Assembly: GCA_965204115.1 (NCBI GenBank)
Contig: OZ241963.1
Location: 306,489-370,488 of the forward strand
Origin: Minisyncoccota bacterium
GTDB taxonomy: Bacteria; Patescibacteriota; Minisyncoccia; Phycocordibacterales; JABAAK01
Direction: 5' to 3'
Length of the DNA: 64,000 bases
How positions within the stretch are numbered: position 1 is the stretch's first letter; the number at the start of each line of letters is the position of its first letter. A model generated the notes under the pieces. It made no database searches. It worked only from the letters and a program-made list of their open reading frames with translations, and was not told the DNA's origin. Positions 49,130 to 58,583 of the stretch are shown one piece after another. A program made the translations under genes and the position numbers.

Positions 49130-49999
49130 GTGAAGTTTAATCAGGCAAAGCACTTATTTTTAGAGCATATTGAGTTGGGGCTCGGGCGGTCATTGAAAAC
49201 TGTTGAAAATTATGACCGTTATTTAAATCAATTTGCCAACCTGACCGGCGTAAAAACGATCGGCCAGATAACCGAGCCGGTGGTGCACACCTTTCGTCTC
49301 AAGCTTAATCGAAAAGGCAGCCTCAAAAAAACAACCCAAAATTACTACCTCATTGCCTTGCGGATGTTTCTGAAATATCTGGAAACTACCGGCAAACAAT
49401 CTCTCTCGCCGAACACTGTGGTGCTGGCAAAAACCGGCAGTCGAGAGATAGATGTGATTACTACCGATGAGTTGAGGCGGCTGTTTGACGCTACGGACGG
49501 CGGGAAAATACAAGATTTCCGTGACCGTGCGATTATTGAGACCCTCTTCTCAACCGGATTGCGTGTCTCAGAGCTGATAATGCTTCCGCGGGACATTGAC
49601 CTGACAGCGAAAGAAGTAGCCGTCCGTGGCAAAGGCGAAAAAGTGCGTGTGGTCTTTTTTTCTGACCCGGCAATAGAAGCGATCCATATCTACCAAAAGA
49701 AACGAAAAGATATGTCCCCCGCTCTCTTTGCTGGGGAGCGGAGTAAAGGACATCTCACCGCCCGCACCATAGAGCGTATTATTGCAAACCGCGCTCGGCA
49801 GGCCGGCATCTCAAAAAAAGTAACGCCGCACATCCTCCGTCACATGTTTGCCACTACCCTTCTTTCAAACGGTGCGGACATTCGTGCTGTTCAGGAGATG
49901 CTCGGGCACAGTAATATTGCCACCACCCAGGTTTACACGCACATCACTAACAAGCAGCTGAAAGAGGTGCATAAACATTTTCTCCAGAAGCCAAAATAA
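49130..49999 (+). CDS. tyrosine site-specific recombinase (XerC/XerD family)
   Basis: An N-terminal SAM-like domain, then the catalytic R...HxxR...Y region (HILRHMFATTLLSNGADIRAVQEMLGHSNIATTQVYTHI). Confidence 0.85.
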   Translation: MKFNQAKHLFLEHIELGLGRSLKTVENYDRYLNQFANLTGVKTIGQITEPVVHTFRLKLNRKGSLKKTTQNYYLIALRMFLKYLETTGKQSLSPNTVVLAKTGSREIDVITTDELRRLFDATDGGKIQDFRDRAIIETLFSTGLRVSELIMLPRDIDLTAKEVAVRGKGEKVRVVFFSDPAIEAIHIYQKKRKDMSPALFAGERSKGHLTARTIERIIANRARQAGISKKVTPHILRHMFATTLLSNGADIRAVQEMLGHSNIATTQVYTHITNKQLKEVHKHFLQKPK

Positions 50000-50002
50000 A
50001 AG

Positions 50003-50030
50003 GGCAAAAATCAAAAGTGATTTTTGCCCC
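50003..50030 (+). terminator. stem-loop immediately after the recombinase stop codon
   Basis: GGGCAAAAATCA-AAAG-TGATTTTTGCCC is a perfect 12-bp stem with a weak U tract (CUU). Confidence 0.4.
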
Positions 50031-50241
50031 TTGCGCTGTGCAGTTTGATAATACTGCTGAAATCCCCGCTGCATATGCGAGCGCAGGGAGAACATACCGA
50101 GTCCAGAAACTCTCTATACTCCTCATCTGTCGCGGAGTATAAAAAGTTAGACAGGAGATTGCCGATGGTGGACTTGGTGGCAATTTCCTTGTGTAAAAAA
50201 TCTTCCACAAAATCTCGGAATTCGCCGTAACTTCGGTCCAT
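50011..50241 (-). CDS. hypothetical small protein (76 aa)
   Basis: ORF only, with no recognizable motif; the C-terminus overlaps the hairpin. Confidence 0.2.
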   Translation of the reverse strand: MDRSYGEFRDFVEDFLHKEIATKSTIGNLLSNFLYSATDEEYREFLDSVCSPCARICSGDFSSIIKLHSARGKNHF

Positions 50242-50254
50242 TATGAAAACCTCC

Positions 50255-50458
50255 TTATAAGTTCAGAAGTTCAGAAATTTTCTCGTCTTCCTCCCTTGCG
50301 GGGAGGCTGTAAAGTATATCAAGTGCAATAAAGGCCCCATAATCTTCTTGATCCATACTGTAGAGGCGCTGAAAGAAATCTTCATCAGATATAGGGTCTT
50401 TTATCCCACAGAAGAGCTCTTCCGCTATGTGTGTCCGAAACAATGCAAAGTGGTTCAT
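50255..50458 (-). CDS. hypothetical small acidic protein (67 aa)
   Basis: ORF only; directly upstream of and co-oriented with the 76-aa ORF. Confidence 0.2.
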   Translation of the reverse strand: MNHFALFRTHIAEELFCGIKDPISDEDFFQRLYSMDQEDYGAFIALDILYSLPAREEDEKISELLNL

Positions 50459-50511
50459 GTATAACCCTCCTTACACCTGAGTATACCACGGACGGGGTGT
50501 ATACTGCAACT

Positions 50512-51306
50512 ATGAGGATATATTCTTGGAATGTGAACGGGTTGCGGGCAGTGCACAACAAAGGCGCGCTCGCGCAGTTTATTACAAAAGAAGATCCTGA
50601 TGTTATTCTTTTTCAGGAGATCAAGGCGAGAGAAGAGCAGTTGCCGGAAGGGTTACAGGATCCGAATTACATTCATTTCTACAATTCAGCGGAAAAAGCC
50701 GGCTATTCCGGCACGGCGGCTTGGGTACACACCCGTAACAAAAAAAAATTCAAAGATTTTTCAAAAGGGATGCCCAAATGGAAGGATACTGAAGGGCGTA
50801 TTGTGCAGTGTGAATTTGCCGACAAAAAAATCCTTATCACGGTCTATGTCCCGAACGGCGGCAAATCAGATGAGGCGTATCAGGAGAAACTACAATTCCT
50901 TGCCACCCTTGCTGCATACGCTAAAAAATTGCAGAAAGACGGCTATCAAGTCATCATCGGCGGTGATTTCAATGTCGCCCGCAGTGAGCTTGACCTCGCG
51001 AAGCCGGAAAAACACCGCGACCACACCCACTTTAACCCCGAAGTCCGCGCTGCTATGGAAAAATTCATCACTGTAGAGCTTGTAGACACCTACCGCTCCC
51101 GCAATCCGGATGAAGCAGGTGCCTACACCTACTGGGATAACTTCAGCTTCTCCCTCCCTCGCGGTACGAAGCCCCGCGATGTCAACGAAGGGTGGCGGCT
51201 TGATTACCTCCTTGCAGACCCGACCACTGACAAGAATATCAAACAGGCGGTCATTCATCAAAATATCTTCGGCTCTGACCATTGCCCGATTTCTGTGACA
51301 CTTTAA
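50512..51306 (+). CDS. xth: exodeoxyribonuclease III (ExoIII/APE1 family AP endonuclease)
   Basis: MRIYSWNVNGLRA, DVILFQEIK and FGSDHCPISV motifs. The longest ORF starts at 50431. Confidence 0.85.
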   Translation: MRIYSWNVNGLRAVHNKGALAQFITKEDPDVILFQEIKAREEQLPEGLQDPNYIHFYNSAEKAGYSGTAAWVHTRNKKKFKDFSKGMPKWKDTEGRIVQCEFADKKILITVYVPNGGKSDEAYQEKLQFLATLAAYAKKLQKDGYQVIIGGDFNVARSELDLAKPEKHRDHTHFNPEVRAAMEKFITVELVDTYRSRNPDEAGAYTYWDNFSFSLPRGTKPRDVNEGWRLDYLLADPTTDKNIKQAVIHQNIFGSDHCPISVTL

Positions 51307-51323
51307 TAGTTGTCAGAATTATT

Positions 51324-52064
51324 TTACTTGAGATATACCGTGATTGTATCAACATAGCGCTCCCTATCCTCAATATCAGATTGATTTACCCAATACTCTT
51401 GTGTAACAACTGCCTCTTCGGTTTCTCCTATAATTCTTTTTCTCCAGCCACGCAGCCCCGCAATGCTGCCTTCGCCATACAACCGAGCATCATCAAACTC
51501 CAGATCACCTTCTTTTTCTGACAAGGATTTGATCTCTAAATAATCATCAGTCCAACCCTCTGATGCCGTTGGGTATCCTGTGAACTGAAGTGCTCTGAGT
51601 ACCCTTTCATCCTCATGTATCAACTCTTTTTTAATTGTTATTTGTTCGGGCGTTACGCCGTCCACCACAATAAATTCATCTTGAGGGGGGTATCTGTCAT
51701 AGTCATCATAATTGTGTCGGAAATCACTTTCATTGTAGAATTCCTCATGCTTATTAATAAGTGTACACGGCTCCCCTTTATGTATTACAAGTATTTTTGA
51801 TATGGCAACATCCTTGCCGACATACCCTCCTGAATCTTTACTGCCATACCAATCTTTCTCAGGATTATTTGTAATAATCTCCGATTTTTCACTCTTTAAT
51901 TCTTCTAAAGATATTACCGGAATATTCATTCCTTCAAATTGAAAATACTCTTTTTCTTTTTCCTGCTTATTCCCTCCGCTTTCCATAGCACTGCCGTGCC
52001 TACTTGGTCGTCTTTCTCTTCTCCTTTGCCGTGGTGGTCGTGAAATTTTACCTTCAATATTCAT
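51324..52064 (-). CDS. hypothetical protein with an Arg-rich N-terminus; AT-rich gene
   Basis: 246 aa with no TM, an N-terminal RPPRQRRRERRPSR, and visibly lower GC than its neighbours. Confidence 0.45.
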   Translation of the reverse strand: MNIEGKISRPPRQRRRERRPSRHGSAMESGGNKQEKEKEYFQFEGMNIPVISLEELKSEKSEIITNNPEKDWYGSKDSGGYVGKDVAISKILVIHKGEPCTLINKHEEFYNESDFRHNYDDYDRYPPQDEFIVVDGVTPEQITIKKELIHEDERVLRALQFTGYPTASEGWTDDYLEIKSLSEKEGDLEFDDARLYGEGSIAGLRGWRKRIIGETEEAVVTQEYWVNQSDIEDRERYVDTITVYLK

Positions 52065-52110
52065 GTGATAGATAGTGTGTGTTTATATTTCTCTACTGCC
52101 TATATATATT

Positions 52111-52142
52111 ATTTTACCCCCCCCCCCTCGATTTTTTGTCAA
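52111..52142 (-). promoter_or_regulatory. putative phase-variable promoter: TTGACA, a spacer containing poly-G(11), then TAAAAT
   Basis: Minus strand reads TTGACAaaaaatcgaGGGGGGGGGGGTAAAAT, with the C11 run at 52117-52127 on the plus strand. The spacer is 20 nt now and would be 17 nt with G8. Confidence 0.5.
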
Positions 52143-52162
52143 TCTTTTCCACAAAACTTCTT

Positions 52163-53947
52163 TTATCGTTTCTGTATCACCTTGAGGAAAGTGTCGTGCG
52201 ATACGGTCACCCGTCCGGCTGCGCCCATTTTTTGTTTTCCTTTCTTTTGCTTTTCGCGGAGTTTCATTTTTCGGGTGATGTCACCGCCGTAGAGTTTTGC
52301 CGTTACATCTTTGCGGAGAGCGGAGAGGGTTTTTGAGGCGACAATGCGTCCGTCCATTTTTGCCTGTATTTTTATCGCAAACAGTGCTCGAGGTATAGTT
52401 TCGTATAAGATGTTCACTAATTCCCGCGCTTCCCGCTCGCCACGGGTTCGGGACACAATACTCGCGAACGCCGGAAACTCTTCTTCGGCGAGGAGGATGT
52501 CCAGTCGGGTCACCTGTGCATCTCGCTGCCCGATTCTTTTGTATGATAATGACGCGTACCCCGAACTTACACTTTTTAGCTTGTCAAAAAATTGCCGCAT
52601 CATTTCCCGCAGTGGCATCTCACCCTGTACAATACATCGATGGTTTTTAAAATCGTTGACCCGCAACACAAACCCCTCATACTCTCCAACCAGTTGCGAT
52701 ACCGCTGATACCTGTTCCGCCGGCGCGATGATGTCCACTGCTACCCACGGTTCAGTAACTGACTCTATCTCGTGCTTATCAGGAAACTTAGACGGTGTTG
52801 CGATCACTGCTGTCTCACCGTTCTTTTTAGTGACCGTGAAATCGGTGCTCGGCGCGGTAACCACCAGCTCTATCCCCGCCTGCCGGCGTGCTCGTTCAGT
52901 AATAATCTCAAAATGCAGCATTCCCAAAAAACCACACCGAAACCCCTTCCCGAGTGCTGTTGATCGCTCCTCTTCGTAGGTGAATGCCGCGTCTACCAGC
53001 CGCATTTCCTGCAAGGTGTGGTGGAGGGTGTTGTAGTCGTTCGCGTCCTGCGGATAGAGCGACACCCAGATGACCGGCGCTACCTCTTGGTATCCCGGGA
53101 ACGGTGCTGCGCTTGACCGCGCGCGAGTAATGGTATCACCAACAACTGCGATGCCGGGCTCTTTAATGCCCGTTGTGAAGTAGCCGATCATCCCTTCATC
53201 TATCGTTTCGGCAGACACCATATCCGGCTTGCATACGCCGACGTCCTTCAGTGTAAATGCGGTGTCTATTCCCTGCAGCATCAATCGCTCACCTTTTTTA
53301 AAGGAACCGCCGAACACTCGCGCGAATGCGTTGATGCCGGTGTGGTTGGTGTAGGAAAAGTCAAATACCAAAGCACGGGCATCTTTTTCGGTGTCTTTTC
53401 GCGGTGCGGGGAATTTTTTTATAATCTCCTGCAGTAACGCCTCCACCCCTTCGCCTGTTTTTCCTGAGACCAACAGCACTTCTTCCGGATCGCAGTCCAG
53501 CAAATCCGCAACCTCAAGTGATACCTCGTCTGTACGCGCATGGTTCATATCTATCTTTGTCAGCACCGGAAGGATGACCAAATCCAACTCCTGCGCCATC
53601 TCCAGCACTGACAAAGTTTGTGCCTGCACCCCCTGACTCGCGTCAACCAGCAGTAGCACCCCTTCCACCGCCCGCAGTGATCGCGAAACTTCGTATGAAA
53701 AATCTATGTGTCCCGGCGTGTCGATGATGTTCAGCGTATACGATACGCTATCCTGCTGATACTGAATGGACACCGGCTGCATCTTGATGGTGATTCCCCG
53801 CTCCCGCTCAATATCCATCCTGTCCAGCACCTGCTCCTGCATTTTTCTCTTTTCTATTGTTTCGGTGTATTCAAGCAGCCGGTCGGCAAGGGTTGACTTC
53901 CCGTGATCCACGTGCGCAATGATTGAAAAATTTCTTATGGTTTCCAT
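52163..53947 (-). CDS. lepA: translation elongation factor 4 (LepA)
   Basis: IRNFSIIAHVDHGKSTLADRL G1 motif and a LepA C-terminal domain; 594 aa. Confidence 0.95.
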   Translation of the reverse strand: METIRNFSIIAHVDHGKSTLADRLLEYTETIEKRKMQEQVLDRMDIERERGITIKMQPVSIQYQQDSVSYTLNIIDTPGHIDFSYEVSRSLRAVEGVLLLVDASQGVQAQTLSVLEMAQELDLVILPVLTKIDMNHARTDEVSLEVADLLDCDPEEVLLVSGKTGEGVEALLQEIIKKFPAPRKDTEKDARALVFDFSYTNHTGINAFARVFGGSFKKGERLMLQGIDTAFTLKDVGVCKPDMVSAETIDEGMIGYFTTGIKEPGIAVVGDTITRARSSAAPFPGYQEVAPVIWVSLYPQDANDYNTLHHTLQEMRLVDAAFTYEEERSTALGKGFRCGFLGMLHFEIITERARRQAGIELVVTAPSTDFTVTKKNGETAVIATPSKFPDKHEIESVTEPWVAVDIIAPAEQVSAVSQLVGEYEGFVLRVNDFKNHRCIVQGEMPLREMMRQFFDKLKSVSSGYASLSYKRIGQRDAQVTRLDILLAEEEFPAFASIVSRTRGEREARELVNILYETIPRALFAIKIQAKMDGRIVASKTLSALRKDVTAKLYGGDITRKMKLREKQKKGKQKMGAAGRVTVSHDTFLKVIQKR

Positions 53948-55578
53948 ACGCGATTGATAATCTGCACTGCCCTCTTTTTCAGTATCTCACTCTCAGGGTT
54001 TTTGAGAATACGCAGCGTTATATACCACACTATTGCTCCGACAATGCTCATACCTCCGATAGCAATAATACCGTTAACGGAGTTGAATTGCACATCTTTG
54101 AATAGGAGCGCGTTTGCTGTTATTGTTGCTATTGCTAATGCCGTAATAGCAATGATGTTCTGTGTAAACGCCTGAAGTAGCGGCCTGAGGTTCTGCTGTA
54201 TGCGGCGCAGCAGTATGGTTGCTATTGTTATTGCCGCGAATATTTCCGGTATGACAATGAGTAGTGCCGTGATGAAAAGGATGCCGTATGCGGCAGATTC
54301 CAGTCCGGTTATTTGCTGCACCATTGCAGCAGCATTTGGGTTTTGCTGTATAAACGGCACAACCGTGTAAATTAATATAATTTCAAACGCAGAAAGCGTG
54401 AAGAAAATAAGACACACTGCGAGCGCGCGACCGCAGGCATAGAGTGCCTGCGCGCAGATGGTTAAGATACTCATGGTTAATGCGCTGATAATAAGCACCC
54501 CGACAATAACGGCGGTTATTGCTGTTGTCTCTGCGGTGAAAGATCCGGTCTCAAAGAGTAAACTGATGAGTGGCTCCCGTAAAATGAATACAAACGCGAT
54601 GATGGGGAGGATGAAGAAGAATAGCCGCCGCAATGCGGTTTCAACCACTGAACGAAATGCAGGCATATCATTCTTGGTGAAGTATGTTACTAATATCGGA
54701 AATGTTGCGACTGAATATGCTATACCGACGAGACCGGTTGGTACTGCTTTTAAACTCTCAGCAAAGTGGTAGATACTGAGCGCGCCCTCGGAGATACCCG
54801 CCACCACACTGAAAATGAGGATGTGTGTGATGGTGTATGACAGAAGCGCTGATGCGCGGGGTATTGACATCTTCACCGCTCGCCAGCATTCCCGCACAGT
54901 GTCTCTTGTCGGAGCAAGGTGCGGCAGGAGGTTGTTGTGTAGCAGTGTGGGTATTTGTATACCGACATTCAGTATTATCCCAAGCAGCACCCCGAACGCG
55001 AGTCCTACAGTTCCGAACACCGGATACAGCACAATAACACCGACGATAATACCGACATTATAGAGCAGTGCCAGTAATGAGTAGAGGAAGAATTTTCGCT
55101 TAAGTTGCAGTATCGCGGTGAAAAAGCTTGATATCGCAAAGAGTGATGCCTGAATGAGATACATCCTGCTGAACAGCACAAAAGTTTGAAACCCTTCCGG
55201 TGAAAAGTCGTCAAACAGCCACTCCCCAAGAGACGGTATGGCGAAAAAGAGTATGGTACTGCCTAATACCAAAAAGAGCACTAAAAAATAGAACGAGGTG
55301 TTCACAAACTTTTTCAATACTGCATCCCCCTGTCTCATCTTCTCTTCAAACATCGGCAGCAAGGCATAGACCGAAATAAATGCTGTCGCTATCATAAATA
55401 GCACATCCGGTATCCGAAAACTCGCCACATAAATGTCCAGCAGCTCACTCGCCCCGAAATAGTGCGCGAATGTTCTTTGTCGCAAAAACGATAGCACATA
55501 TCCGATTACGCTCACGCCGCCCAGTATTAGGGCGATTGTATGCACATTGGTGTGCGACTTATTCAACAACTTCCGCAT
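53935..55578 (-). CDS. murJ: lipid II flippase MurJ/MviN
   Basis: 14 TM helices and an N-terminal LSFLRQRTFAHYFGASELLDIYVASFRIPD MurJ signature. Confidence 0.85.
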   Translation of the reverse strand: MRKLLNKSHTNVHTIALILGGVSVIGYVLSFLRQRTFAHYFGASELLDIYVASFRIPDVLFMIATAFISVYALLPMFEEKMRQGDAVLKKFVNTSFYFLVLFLVLGSTILFFAIPSLGEWLFDDFSPEGFQTFVLFSRMYLIQASLFAISSFFTAILQLKRKFFLYSLLALLYNVGIIVGVIVLYPVFGTVGLAFGVLLGIILNVGIQIPTLLHNNLLPHLAPTRDTVRECWRAVKMSIPRASALLSYTITHILIFSVVAGISEGALSIYHFAESLKAVPTGLVGIAYSVATFPILVTYFTKNDMPAFRSVVETALRRLFFFILPIIAFVFILREPLISLLFETGSFTAETTAITAVIVGVLIISALTMSILTICAQALYACGRALAVCLIFFTLSAFEIILIYTVVPFIQQNPNAAAMVQQITGLESAAYGILFITALLIVIPEIFAAITIATILLRRIQQNLRPLLQAFTQNIIAITALAIATITANALLFKDVQFNSVNGIIAIGGMSIVGAIVWYITLRILKNPESEILKKRAVQIINRVWKP

Positions 55579-55626
55579 AGGTAAACAAGTGTTAGTATAC
55601 CACCCTTTCTGCTACCTCCGTCTTTT

Positions 55627-55673
55627 GGGTCAATGAAAACAGGTGCCTATTCGGCACCTGTTTTCATTGACCC
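55627..55673. other. perfect 21-bp stem-loop (GGGTCAATGAAAACAGGTGCC / GGCACCTGTTTTCATTGACCC)
   Basis: It lies between the rnpB 3' end and the murJ promoter, with no U tract on either strand. Confidence 0.7.
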
Positions 55674-56013
55674 AAACGATAAGCCGGATTCTGTGTCCGC
55701 GCTTTGCGCGGATGGCAATCATTTATCTTGGCACACCGTTACCGGTGCGCTCTGTGCGGCACTCCGTGACATCGCTGCCTCGGCACGGCCTTGCACCCGG
55801 GTAGGAATTTAGCCGTTTCACCGCCGTGTCGCCACGGCGCTCACCTCAAAGAGGTGCCTTCACTTCTCAGATCAGGCGTCACTGCTCGCATCCCTCGGTT
55901 TTCACCGGACGGGCGTTACCCGCTACCTTGCTCCGCCTCAAGAGAGACGGGAGTGTCCGGACTTTCCTCTCGCACCACGCATAGCGCGCAGTACGAGCGA
56001 TTACCTATCTGGG
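55671..56013 (-). ncRNA. rnpB: RNase P RNA (bacterial type A)
   Basis: The minus strand has GAGGAAAGTCCGGACACTCC (P4 5' strand), GGTAACGCC, and the 3' ACAGAATCCGGCTTATCG (P4 3' strand). The 340-nt region has no ORF. An extended -10 TGGTATACT sits at 56021-56029. Confidence 0.8.
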
Positions 56014-56052
56014 TACAGATAGTATACCAAAAATAGCATGTTCTCGCCACTG

Positions 56053-56529
56053 TTACTTGAGTGTAACAGTATCTCCGATATGTATCCGCCCTTTCGTATA
56101 TCCCGCAGGAACCTCAAGGACATATCGTGCCGGAGTTGGCGAGGTGAACACTTCTGGGTAGGTGTTCGGTGCCACGGATTTCTCAATGTGCACTACCTTC
56201 ATCGCCGCATCAATCCAAATGATGTCTATCGGAAACCGCATATCCTTCATCCAAATCCCGTGTGTGTCGTCGGTGTCAAATATAAAGAGCATACCCCGAC
56301 CCTCTGCGAGTGATGGTCGGTGTGAAAGTCCGGTGATTTTCTGCTCTGCTGTTTGCGCTATTTCAACCTGCAGCACAGCGGCACCCACAGTCAGTGCATT
56401 CTCTTCAAGCCCGCTATTCGCCACCCCTGTGTTGTTTTCTTTATGCTGCTGTGTAGCCATATTTATCCCTATGCTTACTATGATAGCCCCAAGGATACAG
56501 CCAAAAATTATCTTATTCTTTTGCTCCAT
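56053..56529 (-). CDS. DUF192 domain protein
   Basis: LAEGRGMLFIFDTDDTHGIWMKDMRFPIDIIWID is typical of DUF192/COG1430; it has an N-terminal TM. Confidence 0.7.
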   Translation of the reverse strand: MEQKNKIIFGCILGAIIVSIGINMATQQHKENNTGVANSGLEENALTVGAAVLQVEIAQTAEQKITGLSHRPSLAEGRGMLFIFDTDDTHGIWMKDMRFPIDIIWIDAAMKVVHIEKSVAPNTYPEVFTSPTPARYVLEVPAGYTKGRIHIGDTVTLK

Positions 56530-56920
56530 CTTTTTCTCGCTTGTTCAGTGATAATGCGCAGGAGTTAATGCAGTATCGCTGTCCGGTCGGTGTATCCGGT
56601 GCATCTTCAAACACATGCCCTAAATGTGCGCCGCACTTTCTGCACGATACCTCCGTTCGCACCATACCCTGCGACTCGTCTTTTGACAGCCGCAATGTGT
56701 CCGTGCCTGTCGTATCATAAAAACTCGGCCACCCCGTTTTTGAATCAAACTTTGTCTCTGAATCAAACAATGCTGTTCCGCATACTGCGCAATGGTACAT
56801 GCCGTCATCTTTCGTCTTGTAGTACTCCCCGCTAAATGGCGGCTCCGTTGCCCCTTCTTGCGTTACCGCATATGCCTCTTCTGATAATTGCTCTCGCAAT
56901 GCCTCTTTGTCTGTGTCCAT
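56513..56920 (-). CDS. msrB: peptide-methionine (R)-S-oxide reductase MsrB
   Basis: CAVCGTALF...CRKCGAHLGHVF zinc-binding CxxC pairs and the catalytic RYCINS. Confidence 0.9.
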   Translation of the reverse strand: MDTDKEALREQLSEEAYAVTQEGATEPPFSGEYYKTKDDGMYHCAVCGTALFDSETKFDSKTGWPSFYDTTGTDTLRLSKDESQGMVRTEVSCRKCGAHLGHVFEDAPDTPTGQRYCINSCALSLNKREKDGAKE

Positions 56921-56943
56921 ATACCGTTTACTATACCATCACT

Positions 56944-58524
56944 TTACCGCAGCACCCGCTTCAGTCGTCCGATCATTTTTTCCGCTCGCTTCTGTGCTTC
57001 CTGTATGTATTTCTCAACGCTTGCTATCTTTTGCACGGTGCCGTTGGCGACTTCATAGCAGGAGCCGATTTCTAATTCCTCAAGGAACCAGCGGTTGTGG
57101 GAGACGAGGAGGACGATGCCCGTGTATTTTTTCAGCATCTCTTTAAGGGCGGTTACTGCTTCCATATCCAGGTGGTTAGTCGGCTCGTCCAGCAGCAGTA
57201 CATTGACCCCGAGCGTGATAAAAACAGCGAAGAGCAGCCGCGCGCGCATCCCCGACGACAGCCCGCCGACTTTTTGCTGCATCGCCTGTTCACCGAGCCC
57301 CGCTTTTTTTAACATATATATTGCCTCTTCATTACCTTTGTTGGTTTGTGCGATAAAAAAATCTATTGCCTTTTCATTCCTGTCCGCCCGCTCGTGCTGT
57401 TGCAGCATATCACCCAATACAACTCCCTCTGTTTTGGTGACCGCTCCGCTCAGTGGCGGCAGTATCCCGGTTATTGTTTTTAAGACCGTACTCTTTCCTT
57501 CACCGTTCATCCCCATCAGGCACAGCCGATCCCCCATCTTTATCGTCAAGGAAGTCGGCCCTATACTAACGCCGTCCTGATAGCCGGCGACCGCCTCATC
57601 TAACACAATCTCAATATCTCCCTCCGTCTGTCGCGCCTCCAGCTCAAGGGTAAATGGCTCTTCTTCAAACGGCTTTTCAACGGTCTCCATCCTCTTAATG
57701 CGCCGCTTCATTACTTTCGCCCGCCGTTGACTCGCTGATGCCTTGTCCATACCTGCTCGCGCAATATACTTATCACTGTCAGACAGCTCAAGGGTATCCC
57801 CTTTTTCAACCTGCTTCGCTGCTGCCTGACTGGATGCCTCAAGCCGCTTCACCTCTTCTTGGTGCCGTGTATACTCTTTCATCTGTCGGTCAAACTCTTT
57901 CTTTTTGCGTTCTAAATAATCGCCATAGGTGCCCCGCTCCATACTGAGTGAGCCATCTTTCAGCTCAAACACCCGATTTGTCACCGTGTTTAAAAATACC
58001 AGGTCGTGTGAGATCACGAGCATCGCCTTTTTTGCTGTCGCAAGAAATGACTCCAGCCAGAGCAGTGCCGGAATATCCAGATTATTGGTCGGCTCATCCA
58101 GCAGCAATATGTCAGACGGTTTTAACAGGAATTTGGCGAGTAGTATCTTCGTCTGCTGCCCGCCGCTCATCTCAGACAACTTCTGCGCGGCAACTTGCTG
58201 CGACACCCCCAGCCCTTCTAGTACCGGGAAAAAATGATGCGGCTGCAGATCAGTGCCGTCCTGTATATACTCTATGCCCGTCTGATCAGTGTTTTCTGCG
58301 GCAACCTCCTGCGGCAAATATGACACTGTTCGGCCGCTTGTCATCTTTACCTCCCCACTGTCTGCCTCCTCAAGCCCTGCGATTATTTTCATCAGCGTGC
58401 TTTTTCCCGCTCCATTTCTTCCTACCAATGCAACTTTATGCCCTTCATCAAGGGTAAACGATATATCACTAAAAACCTGCTCCCCGCCGAACCGTTTCTC
58501 AATTTCCCGTACCGATAGTAACAT
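56944..58524 (-). CDS. ABC-F family ATPase (tandem ABC domains, no TM domain)
   Basis: Walker A GRNGAGKST and GMNGEGKST, and signature LSGGQQ / LSSGMRARL; 526 aa. Confidence 0.85.
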   Translation of the reverse strand: MLLSVREIEKRFGGEQVFSDISFTLDEGHKVALVGRNGAGKSTLMKIIAGLEEADSGEVKMTSGRTVSYLPQEVAAENTDQTGIEYIQDGTDLQPHHFFPVLEGLGVSQQVAAQKLSEMSGGQQTKILLAKFLLKPSDILLLDEPTNNLDIPALLWLESFLATAKKAMLVISHDLVFLNTVTNRVFELKDGSLSMERGTYGDYLERKKKEFDRQMKEYTRHQEEVKRLEASSQAAAKQVEKGDTLELSDSDKYIARAGMDKASASQRRAKVMKRRIKRMETVEKPFEEEPFTLELEARQTEGDIEIVLDEAVAGYQDGVSIGPTSLTIKMGDRLCLMGMNGEGKSTVLKTITGILPPLSGAVTKTEGVVLGDMLQQHERADRNEKAIDFFIAQTNKGNEEAIYMLKKAGLGEQAMQQKVGGLSSGMRARLLFAVFITLGVNVLLLDEPTNHLDMEAVTALKEMLKKYTGIVLLVSHNRWFLEELEIGSCYEVANGTVQKIASVEKYIQEAQKRAEKMIGRLKRVLR

Positions 58525-58583
58525 AGTATGTACTATACCATTTTGAAATGACCATTCTTCATTACCAAATTACCGACTAAAAC

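Noticed and set aside
50740-50748. A9 homopolymer
   Set aside because: It is within the xth coding sequence encoding NKKKF. It may be slippage-prone but is in frame, and unlike the G11 tract it sits in no promoter context.
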